Assembly (NCBI RefSeq): GCF_009914755.1
Contig: NC_060947.1
Source: the human T2T-CHM13v2.0 reference genome, Homo sapiens
Length of the DNA stretch: 64,000 nt
Reading direction: 5' to 3' (one strand)
The notes beneath the pieces are model-generated. The model ran no database searches, was not told where the DNA came from, and saw only the letters and a list, made by a program, of their open reading frames with translations. The position numbers and the translations under genes were made by a program. Of this stretch, positions 29,566 through 41,823 are shown piece by piece. The first letter of the stretch is position 1. Every line of letters begins with the position of its first letter.

Positions 29566-32539
29566 ACAAGCATTTAATAAAATCCCAAGCAATGAGTTGG
29601 TGAATTGGAGAAGTTTCTACAGTATGATGGAAAATACCAAGATATTTTCCACAATATCTTGGTGGAAAAGAGATCCTTTCCCAGCACCTCTTAATCATAG
29701 CAATGGCTTAAGCCGATCTTGGATAATCATAATTACTGTTTATTTAGTGCACACTATATCCTAGGTACTTTATACACATTTATGTCAGTCAATCCTCATG
29801 AAAGCCCTGTGAAACATCATCTCCCTGTTGCAGATGGAGAAACTGAGATCCCTGGAAATCAGGTGACTCAACTAAGATTATACAGGTAAAGGGCACAGCT
29901 GGTATTTGAGTTTACCTAGTTTGGGCTCCATTGGTTGCATACTTGCCACTCACTGTCCCTGAATAATTAATATAATGGTGTTATTGGCAAAGATAACAGA
30001 ATTGTTAAAGCTTTGCTGAGAAATTTCCTCAATAGTAAGTTTAAATATATATATGTGTGTTAGATGACTCTGGCACTCTTCTCCATAGAAGCAGAATGGT
30101 GACTTAGATAATCCCATGGTCCCTCCAGGTCTTCTAAGTTTAAGATTCTGTACCACAAAAACTATGTTCATTATTATCTAATGTATGGATTAGATTGTTG
30201 AACATTCCTTTGACTGTCTTCCTCGAAACTAAAGGTTTTGGGGGCAACTCCTATCTTTTCCATGATTAGAAAGGGCTTTCATTGCAATTTTCAGGGCTCT
30301 CCCCACTTCAGACTGCACCCTCTCCTCACATTTGACGCAACATTTTGTCCAGGAGAAACCCATCACAAATTGTGTCAAACTTAAAACACAACAAACAATT
30401 TATCTTCAGAAGGTTGTCATAATTTTCCTGACTATATTTGCTAATTATTGATGCTCTCCCGGTTTACACAAGAGATGTGTCCATCTGCTTTCCCAGTTTG
30501 AACATGAAATAAATTTGTAAAGGCAAGGTGGTGACAACAGCTTCACTTCTCCCAGGCAACAAATTATGATGCTACACACCCAATTATTATATTACTGCAG
30601 AATCTGCTCAGAAGGAAAGAGATAGCTGATCCCAATACAAACTAGCTGAAAGGCCAGCAAATGGCAAGATCATAAAATAATAGTAACAGCTAACACTTAT
30701 TGAGCACTCACTGTGTGCCAGATACCACTCTAAGCACTCTATGTATTAACTCTTTTTATCCCACCAAGTTAATTATTTCCAGTACACCTCACTGTCACTC
30801 TAGAAAAGTTATCTATTCACAAACAGTAAAGATAAACTTAACCAGCTTGAGTCTAGCACCACAAATTATATTCTCCTAAGCTCAGTTTCCCTGACTCACT
30901 GTGCTTCCTGATATCCATACAGTTAATGGATTATATACAAGGGCAGAATCTAAGAGATAAATATGTTGAGTCTAAGCAATCTATCTCCAGAGTCCATTCT
31001 TCTAACTCCTACACTATACTGTACTAGTGAGGAAATTAGAAACCAAGTAGATGGAGTGAATTCACTAATGTTACAGTTGTTAGAACACAGAATCAAAGCA
31101 TCTCAAGATTAATACAAAACAAAAGTATTAAACACAGGTATTCAAGCATTGCATGAGAATATTTCTCAATATTTTCAAAAGAAAAACCAAAATGCACATC
31201 TTGTACCAAGTCTCTTTGCATTACATGCCATGCCAAGATCATCAAAAAAATCAGGTAAGTGTAACTTGATCCTAAATCTTTGAATTTAATTTGAGGACTA
31301 GACATAAACCATATTTATTTCATAGCATTTTACTTATCATTTGTGAATAAAATTACAAAGCCCAAGATTTAAAATTATTACCTTCTGTTAGTTACTAGGG
31401 TGAAACATATGGAAAGTAGTAAACTTCAAGAGGAGCATTTAGTCAAACACATACTTACTTAGCCAAACACATCCCACATGTCCCATGTAAGAACCAACAC
31501 TTTTAAAAACCATGTCCCTGTTATTTTCAAATGCATGTCACTGTAATTACCACTTACCAGAATTATTCTTCCTTAGTATCAGAAAGGAAGGTTTACAAGC
31601 ATTAAAGTCTAGTGAAAAGCTGAGGATTTTTCCATCTTCCCCCCTGCATTAGAGGTACTGGTTAACAAAATCATGCTGAGAAATCCTGTCTCCTCTTCTT
31701 CTCCACTACCTCAGTAACTTCCCCACAGGTCTTAAATTCCCTCTTGAAGCAGTATCAATAACTTAGACATCGAAGTTTGCAAATGCCTCCAGAATCTAGG
31801 TAAACGAACTCAAGAAGTGAAACTCTACCTATAAATTGTTAAATTGAAAGCTCTCAAACTCAATGAATAAGGATGACCTGAGTATTCATTAAAATGCATC
31901 CCTTCAGAGATTCTAATTTAGTGGGTCTGCAATAGGGCCAAAGAACCTACATGTTAAACAAGTGTTCCAGGTGATGTCTGATGCTGAGAGTTGATTTAAA
32001 GGCCACAAGCAACACAGCTCTATTCAATATCATAGGCACACAAGGGATGAGTGTCCATCAAAGGGAAGGAAGTATAAAACAGTACAAAGGCATCTGGGAC
32101 AAGATGGTAGCCTGCATGCACTGGACTAAGAAGAGGTAAGCCAAAGTAGGGAGGCATGCAACTATGAACCTGCTGGCATTTGGATGTGGATGACTACCAA
32201 AGATTAACTCTGCCTACCCAAAAAGTCTGTTTAGCTCCTTACATCTAGCTTACAAAATCACAACACAGATATTAAAATCAAGCCTGGATATGAAACATTT
32301 ATGTGGTACAGAATAGAGGGAAAGGTAGTCGTGGAAGGAGCCTAGTTAAGTAAGGGACGCTGGACTCTAAAATATATCTAAAGAAAAGAGCATAAGTGAT
32401 ATTTTTGAAAATCACCAATTTTTTCAAAGTTTCAAATTTAAGGCATTATCTTCAGCCAGAGGAAAATCCTCTCCTGATTTGTCCAAGTCATGAGGAAATA
32501 AGAAAATGCTCTTTCAATCACTCCTTTTAAATATCTTAC

Positions 32540-32734
32540 CTTCTACGTTGCCAGATCCCTGATAAAATCAGTAGTGCAATTGCAACTATGATGATGCAAA
32601 ATATCACACCAAATATAATAATCCAGATGGGCACAGATGGGTCCATGGGTGGTGCAAGTGTGGAAGGGATTTTTAAAAATTCCAGAGTTTGGTCATTTAG
32701 AAAGAAGGCATTGTTGATCCGGTTCTTGTTCATT
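32540..32734 (-). CDS. CLTRN: Collectrin CDS exon 5 (MNKNRINNAFFLNDQTLEFL...TM helix...WQRR)
   Basis: Inside ORF 32536..32745; TAG acceptor, AG|GTAAGA donor; 195 nt; hydrophobic TM IWIIIFGVIFCIIIVAIALLILSGIW. Confidence 0.98.
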
Positions 32735-33023
32735 CTAAAATGCAATGATAATTAAAAATAAACAAAATAAGACAGAAAAAAAACTATTAAGACAAAGTAC
32801 AAACCTGTTTCTCCATGATTATAAATATCTCTATAAACAAAGCATCCTCCTGGCAGGAGACTTCAAGTTGACTAAAAAGTTTGCTGAGGGCAATCATGCC
32901 ATAGTTTCTCTTAAGTTACAACACTAGCTGCCAGAGGGATACCCATGTATCCACTGCTGCCCCCACTGTTGTGAATGTCCAGAAGTCCTGAGCTTTGAGC
33001 TCTGTCCACCATGTTTTATTTCC

Positions 33024-33528
33024 TGAGAGGTAGTAAGGTAGACGGAGGGACTCGTCTCTGGAGGCAGGGCTCTAACCCTGGACCAAACTGAGGACTAACT
33101 AAAACAGAGCTAGGGGGTGGCGGGGAAGCAGCTTTCCATCAGACATGCCCACCAGTGTGCCATGTCAGTTTACCATTGCCATGGCAACACCTGGGAGTTA
33201 CCACCCCTTTCCATAGCAATGATGTGATGACCCCAAAGTTATTACCCTTCCCTAGAAATTTCTGCATAAACTGCTCCTTAATCTACATGTAATTAAAAGT
33301 GGGTATAAATATGACTGCAAAACTGCCCTGAGCTGCTAGTCTCTGCCTACAGGGTAGTCCTGCTCTGCAGGAGCAGTCACAGAGCAGTAACATCACAGGA
33401 GCTATAATACTGCCTCTTCAGTAAAGTTGTTTTCTTCTACTTCTGGCTCTCTCTTGAATTTTTTTCCTGGGCAAAGCCCAGAATCCTCATGGGCTAAGCC
33501 TCAATTTGGGTTTCACCTGTCCTGTGTG
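33024..33528 (+). mobile_element. ERV1 solo LTR (LTR9/MER50-like)
   Basis: TG start, ttgccatggcaac motif, TATAAA at 33304-33309, agtaaa polyA-like signal, typical U5. Confidence 0.7.
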
Positions 33529-34312
33529 AGTAGCATCTAGATTAGAATGACAAAGCTCTATTTAAGGTGGCTTACATAAATATCACAGCCCCCAAAAGTA
33601 AAATTACATGTAAAATATGGGTGACGAATAGGAGAAGTAAAGAAAACCAGAAGCAAAAATGAAAACATGAACCAGGAGTGGCTTCAAATTCACCAACTTG
33701 ATCTTGATATTTTTTTCATTAATTCAACAAACATTTGCCAAAAACTTATTAAATATCAAATACTGTGCTAGATGCTGGAGATACAACGTGAAATTAAAGT
33801 ACCAAGGAGCTTACGGTCTAGAAGGGTGACAGATCAGTAGATCCACAACCACAGTGTGGTACAAAATGTTCTGTGAAAGAGGCAAATATGGGCACAGTGT
33901 GAGCAGAGGGAAGGGCCAAGTACACCATTGTGAGAAGTCAGAGCTGCTTTGCTGTGGAGGCCATTTTTGAGCTCTGTTTTGAGGGACAAGTAGGAGTTTT
34001 TAGACCAAAGTATGTGGTGAGCACAGGAATGGAAACAAGGTAAAGTAAGACTTGTTCAGCAAATTGCAAGTAGTTCCATAGGACTAAAGACATTAATGAT
34101 TTAGGAGTTCAAAAGCTTAGAAAAATGTTACTTTTCCTAGGAAATATCTGCATTTTTAGTGGTGGTGGCAGTTAAGGAGAGGTTGGTAGCAAAGACTTAT
34201 TTAATTGAAACCAAATAAGTGAATTTCTAACTGTAAACTGGAGAGTCCTTGGAGATATTTTATGACCTTTACTGAATTCATATTATGCAAGCTGCCTTTG
34301 TCTACCTCTAGA

Positions 34313-34613
34313 GCAGCCCTGGAAAACAGAAATATAATGTGAGCTTCGTGTGACTTAAAATTTTCTAGTAGCTGCACTAAAATAAACAGATGAAACTAAT
34401 TTTAATAATGTATTTTTTGTCCAATATATCCAAGAAAATGTAATTTCAACATGTAAACAGTATCAAGTTGACTTTGCATGTTTGTTTGTTTGTTTGTTTT
34501 TTGAGACAGGAACGATCATGGTTCATTGCAGCCTCAAACTCCTGGGCTCAAGCAATCCTCCTGCATCAACCTCCCAAGTAGCTAGGACCACAGGTGTGTG
34601 CCACCACACCTGG

Positions 34614-34660
<47 letters not shown>

Positions 34661-34830
34661 CAGGGTCTTGCTATATTGCCCAGGCTGGGGCTCCACATTT
34701 TATTTTGTACAATGTCTTTGAAATTTGGCTTATGTTTTATACTGTGAGCACACCTGACTTTGAACTAGCCACATTTCAGGTGCTTAATAACCACATTTGG
34801 CTGGTGGCTACGGTACCGGACAGCCCAAGT
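34313..34830. mobile_element. MER3/MER33-like hAT element interrupted by a FLAM/AluJ fragment (minus) with (TG)n
   Basis: ctagccacatttcaggtgcttaataaccacatttggctggtggcta end; Alu monomer text 34500-34690. Confidence 0.65.
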
Positions 34831-35450
34831 CTACAGCCTGATAGTATGGCTTGAGAATCTCTGCAGGCCAGCACCAGGCTATCAGGAAAGACCCCCTTTA
34901 GTAAATAAATAACTATGCTGTGGCATGATTATTCATGGATGTGAAAGTGAACTCTAGCCAGATAATCTACAACAAGGGATTTTTATCCAACAATGGAATA
35001 TTTTATTTTGTCATAACCTAATATTGAACATCTGAGAGCACAAACTTTTCCACAAAATAATGAAACCCACTGCTAAGATATAACTCAGAGAAAAATGAGA
35101 AGTTGCTCTGCATTCTCATTCTATCTTCCTAGTTGGTTAACCCTTTGTTACTTGCTCACTCTAGGCTTGGAATGTATTCTATCATCTCACAGACTGACTG
35201 GAAGTTCTAGCTCAGGTACATATTAAATCTGCTCCACCACTGGAATCACCAATTGGCATCAAGCATCATGTATGTCTTTCAGCCAAGAGTGGTATTGAAT
35301 TAGGCCACGCCCTCACAAAAGAACTAAAACAGACATCTTGGAATTAGTTGGTCACTCCTTTACCTCATACTATGTATACTCTGTATTGGTAAAAAGTCCA
35401 GTACTCTTTTTTGCCCATTTCAATTATTTTACTTGAAATGAGAATTTTGT

Positions 35451-36466
35451 AATTCTCATTCTGTTGGCTATCCCCACTTCCTAAATAGTTTATCCTGCTA
35501 GGACCTTTGAAATAGACATTTTGTGAACAAATTCACGTGCTTCCTGGACCTTCACCCTAAGCACTTTGTGTAAAGGAATGACCAACCAATTCTAAGATGT
35601 CTGTTTCAGTTCTTTGTGTACTCTGGTAAACAGGAAAAATCACTGGATATGGTGGCAGGATGCCTAGGTTCAAGTCCTCACTTTCTCTTTCTAGCATGGT
35701 GGCCTTAACAAATCAATTAATCTCCCTGAGCCTCAGTTTCTTCATTTATAAAGGAGAGATAATAGTAATTACTGAAAAATTATTGGTGTTGGCTGGGTGC
35801 AATGGCTCATGCCTGTAATCCCAGCACTTTGGGAGTCTGAGGCAGGAGGATCGCCTGAGGCCAGTTCAAGGGCAGCCTGGGCAACATAGTAAGACCCTGT
35901 CTCTACAAAAAAAAAAAAAAATTTAAATTAGCCAGGCATAGTGGCACATCCCTGTAGTCCCAGCTACTCAGGAGGCTGAGACAAGAGGATCACTTGAACC
36001 CCAGGAGTTCAAGGCTGCAGTGAGCTATTATCATGCTACTGTACTATAGCCTGGGCAACAAAGCCAGACTCTGTCTCTTAAAAAGAAAACAAAAAAAAAC
36101 TGTTGGTGTCATTATTAAATGCCACAGATGCATAAGAACATTCCTTGTGAACCAAAAAGTGGTATGCAAATATTAGGTGGAACTAGTATTATTTTGCCCA
36201 ATCACTTAGATTCTTCAGCCTTGAAATTCCTATTATTTGCTCTCTAAACACCATCTCCTTTTTTTCACTCTATCCTTCCTTTGTTGTATAGTTTCCTTTA
36301 TTTTCATCCAATCCTGATGTGCCCTACTAATTCCCTGACATAAATTCTCATTCTATTGGCTATCCCCACTTCCTAAATAGATTCTCCTGCTAGGACCCTT
36401 GAAAAAGACATTTTGTTGTGAACATATTCATGTATTAATACTTCCCAGACCTTCACCCTAAGCACT
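35451..36466. repeat. Diverged direct duplication, 35451-35565 vs 36343-36466
   Basis: aattctcattct(g/a)ttggctatccccacttcctaaatag...gaccttcaccctaagcact in both copies. Confidence 0.9.
35791..36098 (+). mobile_element. AluJ inserted in a MIR
   Basis: AluJ diagnostics (ggagttcaaggctgcagtgagct), imperfect TSD. Confidence 0.9.
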
Positions 36467-37589
36467 CACTCTTCCTCCTCCTATCAACTGAAGGACTGGT
36501 TTAACCCAGTGCCTTCATTTTCCCTGTAGCCCTCACAGATCACAAGACATGAATAAAATCTTTTTTCACATGAAATATGATATTTATAATTCTTACTCCC
36601 TAAGTGGTGAGAGTCTTAACAGTATTCTTAGTGGCCACAGTGAAGAAGCAATTTAGTTCAAACTTTCTTGTTAGGGCAGATTCAACCATTTCCAATCAGT
36701 ATAAATCCTCAGTGCCTTTGCTTCAGCAAAAGAAATAGATGATGTTCACAAAAACCTTTGACATTTGATTATATACTCATTATCTTAAGTGTTAACATTT
36801 TACAGAGAGCTAATGAGTTATTCCAGTAGGTATTTATCCTTGGTAAAAAGAATAATATGTATTTCAGTAACTTGTAAATCTTGTGTGGGGAGAGCTACTT
36901 TGCTTTGTTCTAGTTTATTTCCTGAGCTCATTTTTTGAGTATATCTTTGCCCAACATCAATCACATGTGGTATTTGAAGTTTTGACACATACCAAAGGCA
37001 CAGTAATTGAAAGAAATACAAGTTGCATCCTCCTAATTCTTGAAAGTCTCGAATTCGTTTCACTTTTGAGTTTCTTACGATCATAAGGAGGGGAGGAGTA
37101 CAACTGTCGGGAAGTCGGGAAAAATTGTAAAATACTTGAAATGGGCAAAACAGAGTACTGGACTTTTTCCTGATTGTCCTGCTGAGAGCACCTTTCTAGG
37201 CAATTTCCATCTCTTACGGTCTTTGAGCTACTTTGCAAATCCCTAAGTTCTTGAAAACTAACATAATGTAAATGATTCTTGTCCATAGAAAATCAAATGA
37301 ACTGTGTCTAGTGGAACATAATTGGTTACTGCCCGAAAAATAGACTGATGCATCCTTCTGTAAATGCATTTTGCCATTCCTCACTTTCTATATATGGGTG
37401 GTTCCTTGAAGTCTCCTTGAAAAAGAATTTAACATCTTACTAGTGCCCTCATTAACTAATGAGATAAAATTTTTGATAGTAATAATGATTAGTTTGCATG
37501 AGAGTCATGATTTTACCTTTTTTTAAAAAAAATTATCTTTTTAAAGTAAAGACTATATATTGACTGAAAAAGGTAAGCTATTGGGTCCC

Positions 37590-37731
37590 TAACTTCTGCT
37601 TACTCAATGCTGGTGGTACCACCACCCCCTCCAGCTGTGACAATAAAAATGTCTCCAGACATTGCGAAATGTCTCCAGATATTGCCAAATGTCTCCTTGA
37701 AGGTAAAATTGCCCCTGGATGAGAACTACTG
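37590..37731 (-). mobile_element. MER20 with an internal 20-bp duplication
   Basis: aaatgtctccagacattgcg/aaatgtctccagatattgcc; ends gagaactactg. Confidence 0.7.
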
Positions 37732-37895
37732 ATCTATACTCATCTCTAACAGAAACTAACAAAATGAAATCTTTGTCATTTTAATAAATAACTCATGTAT
37801 GAAACAGATAAAACTCTTCAATATCTATTTTTAAAAACAGTTGAATTAATCAGCAAGTTGATTGACTAATAGAAGGCATATTTAAGGGTGATTAC

Positions 37896-38009
37896 CTTAT
37901 GGCTGATTGCACCTCAACAGCAGGAAGGGTGTGATTTTTTGAAGGGTCTGTAACCACAAACCAGAATGATACCCTCTGGGTTACATTGCAAAGTAGGACA
38001 TGGGAAATT
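37896..38009 (-). CDS. CLTRN: Collectrin CDS exon 4 (ISHVLLCNVTQRVSFWFVVTDPSKNHTLPAVEVQSAI-R)
   Basis: CAG acceptor, AG|GTAATC donor; 114 nt, phase 2-2; N-glycosylation sequons NVT and NHT. Confidence 0.97.
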
Positions 38010-39383
38010 CTGCAGACAGTGGAAAGAAAAAATACATGAGAAGAATATCATACCAAATGGCATTAAACCGTTCACTCTGATGCTACTACTATCTTAAGAG
38101 ACATCTTAGCTATGTTTAAAAAGTCATTTCTACCATTATGAAGAATGAGCTCAGTAAGAAGAAAATTATATAGGAAATTCCCATTGTTTCAAAATCATAT
38201 ACTTGGGGATCATTCCTTATAGGGAATAATAGGGAATCTGCCAAAAAATAATAATAGTCAGTGGAGAGCATTAGGGATCTCATTCTCCATCACCGGTTGG
38301 TGACAGCCCCCGTTTCCCCAATGCTTGGCCCTCTCTGAACCACAGAAACCTTTGGTATTTTCTCATTCAACTCTTTTTAGTGCCCTGCCCATTCAGTCTT
38401 CCACCTCTCAGATCCAGAGAGGATCTGCTGCCCCCTCATGATTCAATACTTGCTCTGTCTGCATCTACTGTCTCTCTTCCACCCCAGCATCAGGGCCAAG
38501 ACAAAAGGCACCTTCTGTGTGTACTTTTGAAGAAAAAGTTCTCAAAAACAAGTTTCTTTTACATCGCCTTGAACAAACCTCCAACTTAAACACTATAATC
38601 AATTCACCAGCAGTCTTTGAAGTCTTTGTTTTGCAGTTACAGACTTTTCAACTGCAAATTGGAAATGTGACTCACTCTCCTCTGTATTACAAGTGAAAGG
38701 GGAGAAATGAAAATCGTGTTCAGAGAGAGACAATCTATACATGGATGTACTCAGGATGGAAATTATAGGAAAGTCCACATAAAATCAACATTGCCAATGC
38801 TAAAACAAAACCTGATGGCTTTCCCAGTTTACTTAAGAGCAAAATTGCAAAAAGCAACATTAACATCCATCCTAGAAGAATCTGATATGAGTAAAGGATT
38901 TGTTTAGAGCATCCAAGTGTATTGTGATCATTTTCACACTGATCAAAGAGAGCACCCTTCTGTCAACAGGTATCTGCAGTTTTCAGGACCTGGCAGAAAT
39001 TCTTCTATGTTCTGTTTTTAAAGGTCAGGTACAAAAGTAGAGGCAGCTGCCAGGCCCCTCTGCCCAGAGCTGAGTGTCTGGGACCATGAGTGGGAAGGAC
39101 TGAGGCTTGAGCCTCCTTGGTCCGCCAGACAGCATGGGGCGCCACTTGCCCCTTCTGCAGCTGCGCGCCGCAAAGCTCTGGCCTGGCCGTGGCCTCCTGC
39201 CCCATGCAACACTTGGTGGCCAGACCGTACCCGGCACATAGCGCCTCGTGCACTTTCTGACATTTTGATACCAAAGGTCGCTGGTCACTGAGCCCGGACA
39301 CTATCTCTGGCCCTGACCGCAGATTTCGGAAACTTCTGGCAGCCCAGTGTCTACTGGAAGGCCCAACCCACTGCCCTGCTCTC

Positions 39384-40102
39384 ATGGGCAGCTACCTGAG
39401 CGGCTTCCTGGGCTGGCTCTGGGCCAGAAAACCGCGCACCCACCCCCCCCGCCCGACCCCCGCGCCAGAAGCACTGGGCCCTACTGTCCAGGCCCTTCCT
39501 CAGCTCCCAGGTCCAGGAGAACTGCAAGGTCACCTACTTCCACGGGAAGCGCTGGGTCTGCATCCAGCCCCTCCCCACCGCTCCTCCCAGCTGGGACTAC
39601 GCCCGCATCCGCATCCGGAGAGAGATGGTGCCCGCCCGCATCCGCGTCCTGAGAGAGATGGTTCCCGAGGCCTGGAGGTGCTTTCCCAACAGGCTGCCGC
39701 TGCTGAGCAACATCAGGCCTGATTTCTCTGAGGCTCGCCTGGCCTACATGAAGCGGTGGCTTTGGACCGCCGCCACCCCCCCACCAGCCTGTCCGCAGCC
39801 TGGTAACCATGAAAATCGCCCCGCCCGAGCGCAGAGGGAGCCCGATGCCCAGGCCATCTGCCTTCGGGTCTGTGATGAGAAACGGAGTGGCCCATTCCTT
39901 TGTGCCCGGGTCTAGGCCGCTGAGCAGAGCCCCTACTCCCGGGCAGCGTTGTCTCAATCCTTCCTGGCGGCCGCCTGCCCTGCTGAGGATATGTGGCCGC
40001 CAGGCGCCCGGTCGCCGCAGGAGCGCTAGGCCTGCGGGTAGCACTGCCCTGACGCCTCAGGCTTGCCTGCACCTGGAAGGAGCTTCGCCAGGTGGGCCAT
40101 GA
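39384..40102 (+). pseudogene. Intronless POM121L2/POM121L12-like retrogene or pseudogene nested antisense in CLTRN intron 3
   Basis: Motifs MGSYLS, EAWRCFP, YMKRWLW, VTMKIAPPERRGSP and RPSAFGSVMRNGVAHSFVPGSRPL resemble POM121L2/L12 (MGSFLS, EAWRRFP, VTIxIxPP, RPSAFKPLxKNGxxxSFVPRPGPL); spread over three frames; GC/CpG-rich block ~39040-40390; AATAAA at 40379-40384. Confidence 0.8.
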
Positions 40103-40459
40103 GCCTCTGAGCACACCCAGCCTGCTGCCCGGCTCCAAGAGTCAGGCCCCTGCCACCACCTCCTGAGCCTCCAGCCCTCAGCACCTTCACCCTACTGACC
40201 GCGGTTCTACCCCCACACCAGCCACCGGCCCCACCGGGGCACTTCCCACTGCTCCAGCCGACCACTCAGCGAGCCCCAGGCCCACCTCTCCTCTCCCTTA
40301 AAGCCCTTCCCTTGCCCTTGCCCATTCGCTCCTGCCTTCTCCCTGGGGACAGGAGGCATGCTTCTCCCCAGTTTCCGCAATAAAATATTTGTTGTTAATA
40401 ATAATAGGTGTCTTTATTATCATAGAGATTGTCATATTCTTTCTTTCAAAGACGACACC

Positions 40460-41470
40460 ATGGTTTCTCCAGCTTGGCACTACTACTTGGGCCAGATGGT
40501 TCTTTCTTGGTGGGGGGGGGAGGGGGGAGGGGAAGGGGGAGGGAGGAGCGGGAAGCTGTCTTGTGCATTGCAGGGCCTTAGCAACATCCCTGGCCTCTCA
40601 CTTCTAGGTGCCAGCAGCACACTCACAGTCCTATCAAAAATGGCTCCAGGCGTTGCCAAATACTCCCTGGGAGGGTAGAGAGGTCAAAAGTCATACTGGT
40701 GGAGAACCACTGAGGAACAGTGACCTCTACTGGCAGAAACAGGCAAGCCTAGTCCCCCAAAATGTGCGGTTTTCTAATACATATCAAAGACGTAGGGACA
40801 AACCAAATGAAGTGGCGCATGCTGGACAGAAAACATTTTCACCAGTTTTCTAGAATGCTTGGGGTGTGAATGATTCCTGTGGTCTGGTCTTACTAGCAAT
40901 CAGGAAATGCAAAATTGTTACAAATGAGCTACTATTTTAAACGTTTCAAATTGGCAACAATTTAAAAGTTAAATAATACCAAGGGCTGGTAAAGACGCAT
41001 GGAATTGGAATCCCAGGTGACGCTGTGGAAGCAAGGAGTCCAGCCACTCTGGAATGGCATTTGGAAGTGATTCCCAGAACAGAAAACGCAGCTACCAGAA
41101 ACCCTGTGGCACACATACACAGACACTGGTGAGGATGTTCTTTGCGGCACTCGTCACCATAGCAGAGAATTGGAACAACCCAAATGTCAATCAGTACGGG
41201 ACTAAAGTAAATATAGTATATGCTGTCGAGGGAATACTGTTCCACAGATTAAAGGAAAGAAATAGCCCAGGGTTTCTCAACATCAGTACGATCAGGCCAG
41301 ATAATTTTATGTTGTGAGGATACCATGTGCTTTCCAGGTTGTTTAGCAGCAAATCTGAGCTCTATCTACCAGGTATCAGGACTACCTCCAGTTGTGACAA
41401 TCAAAAATGGCTTCAGGTGTTCCCAAATATCCCCTGAAGGACAAAATCACCCCCCTGGTGGCAACCATTG
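40460..41470. mobile_element. Two MER20 copies (~40460-40712, ~41268-41470) flanking an old L1M fragment (~40895-41260)
   Basis: ggtttctc(c/a)a starts and gagaaccactg-type ends; degenerate L1 ORF2 3' text between them. Confidence 0.6.
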
Positions 41471-41511
41471 AGCTAGAGCTACATAATTTTTTAAATAAAA
41501 GAATAAATCTT

Positions 41512-41823
<312 letters not shown>

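Noticed and set aside
32536-32745. 69-aa ORF as a standalone membrane micropeptide
   Set aside because: It is CLTRN exon 5 with flanking intron bases
39481-40138. Minus-strand ORFs of 187 and 141 aa
   Set aside because: Shadow ORFs of GC-rich DNA; the family motifs are on the plus strand
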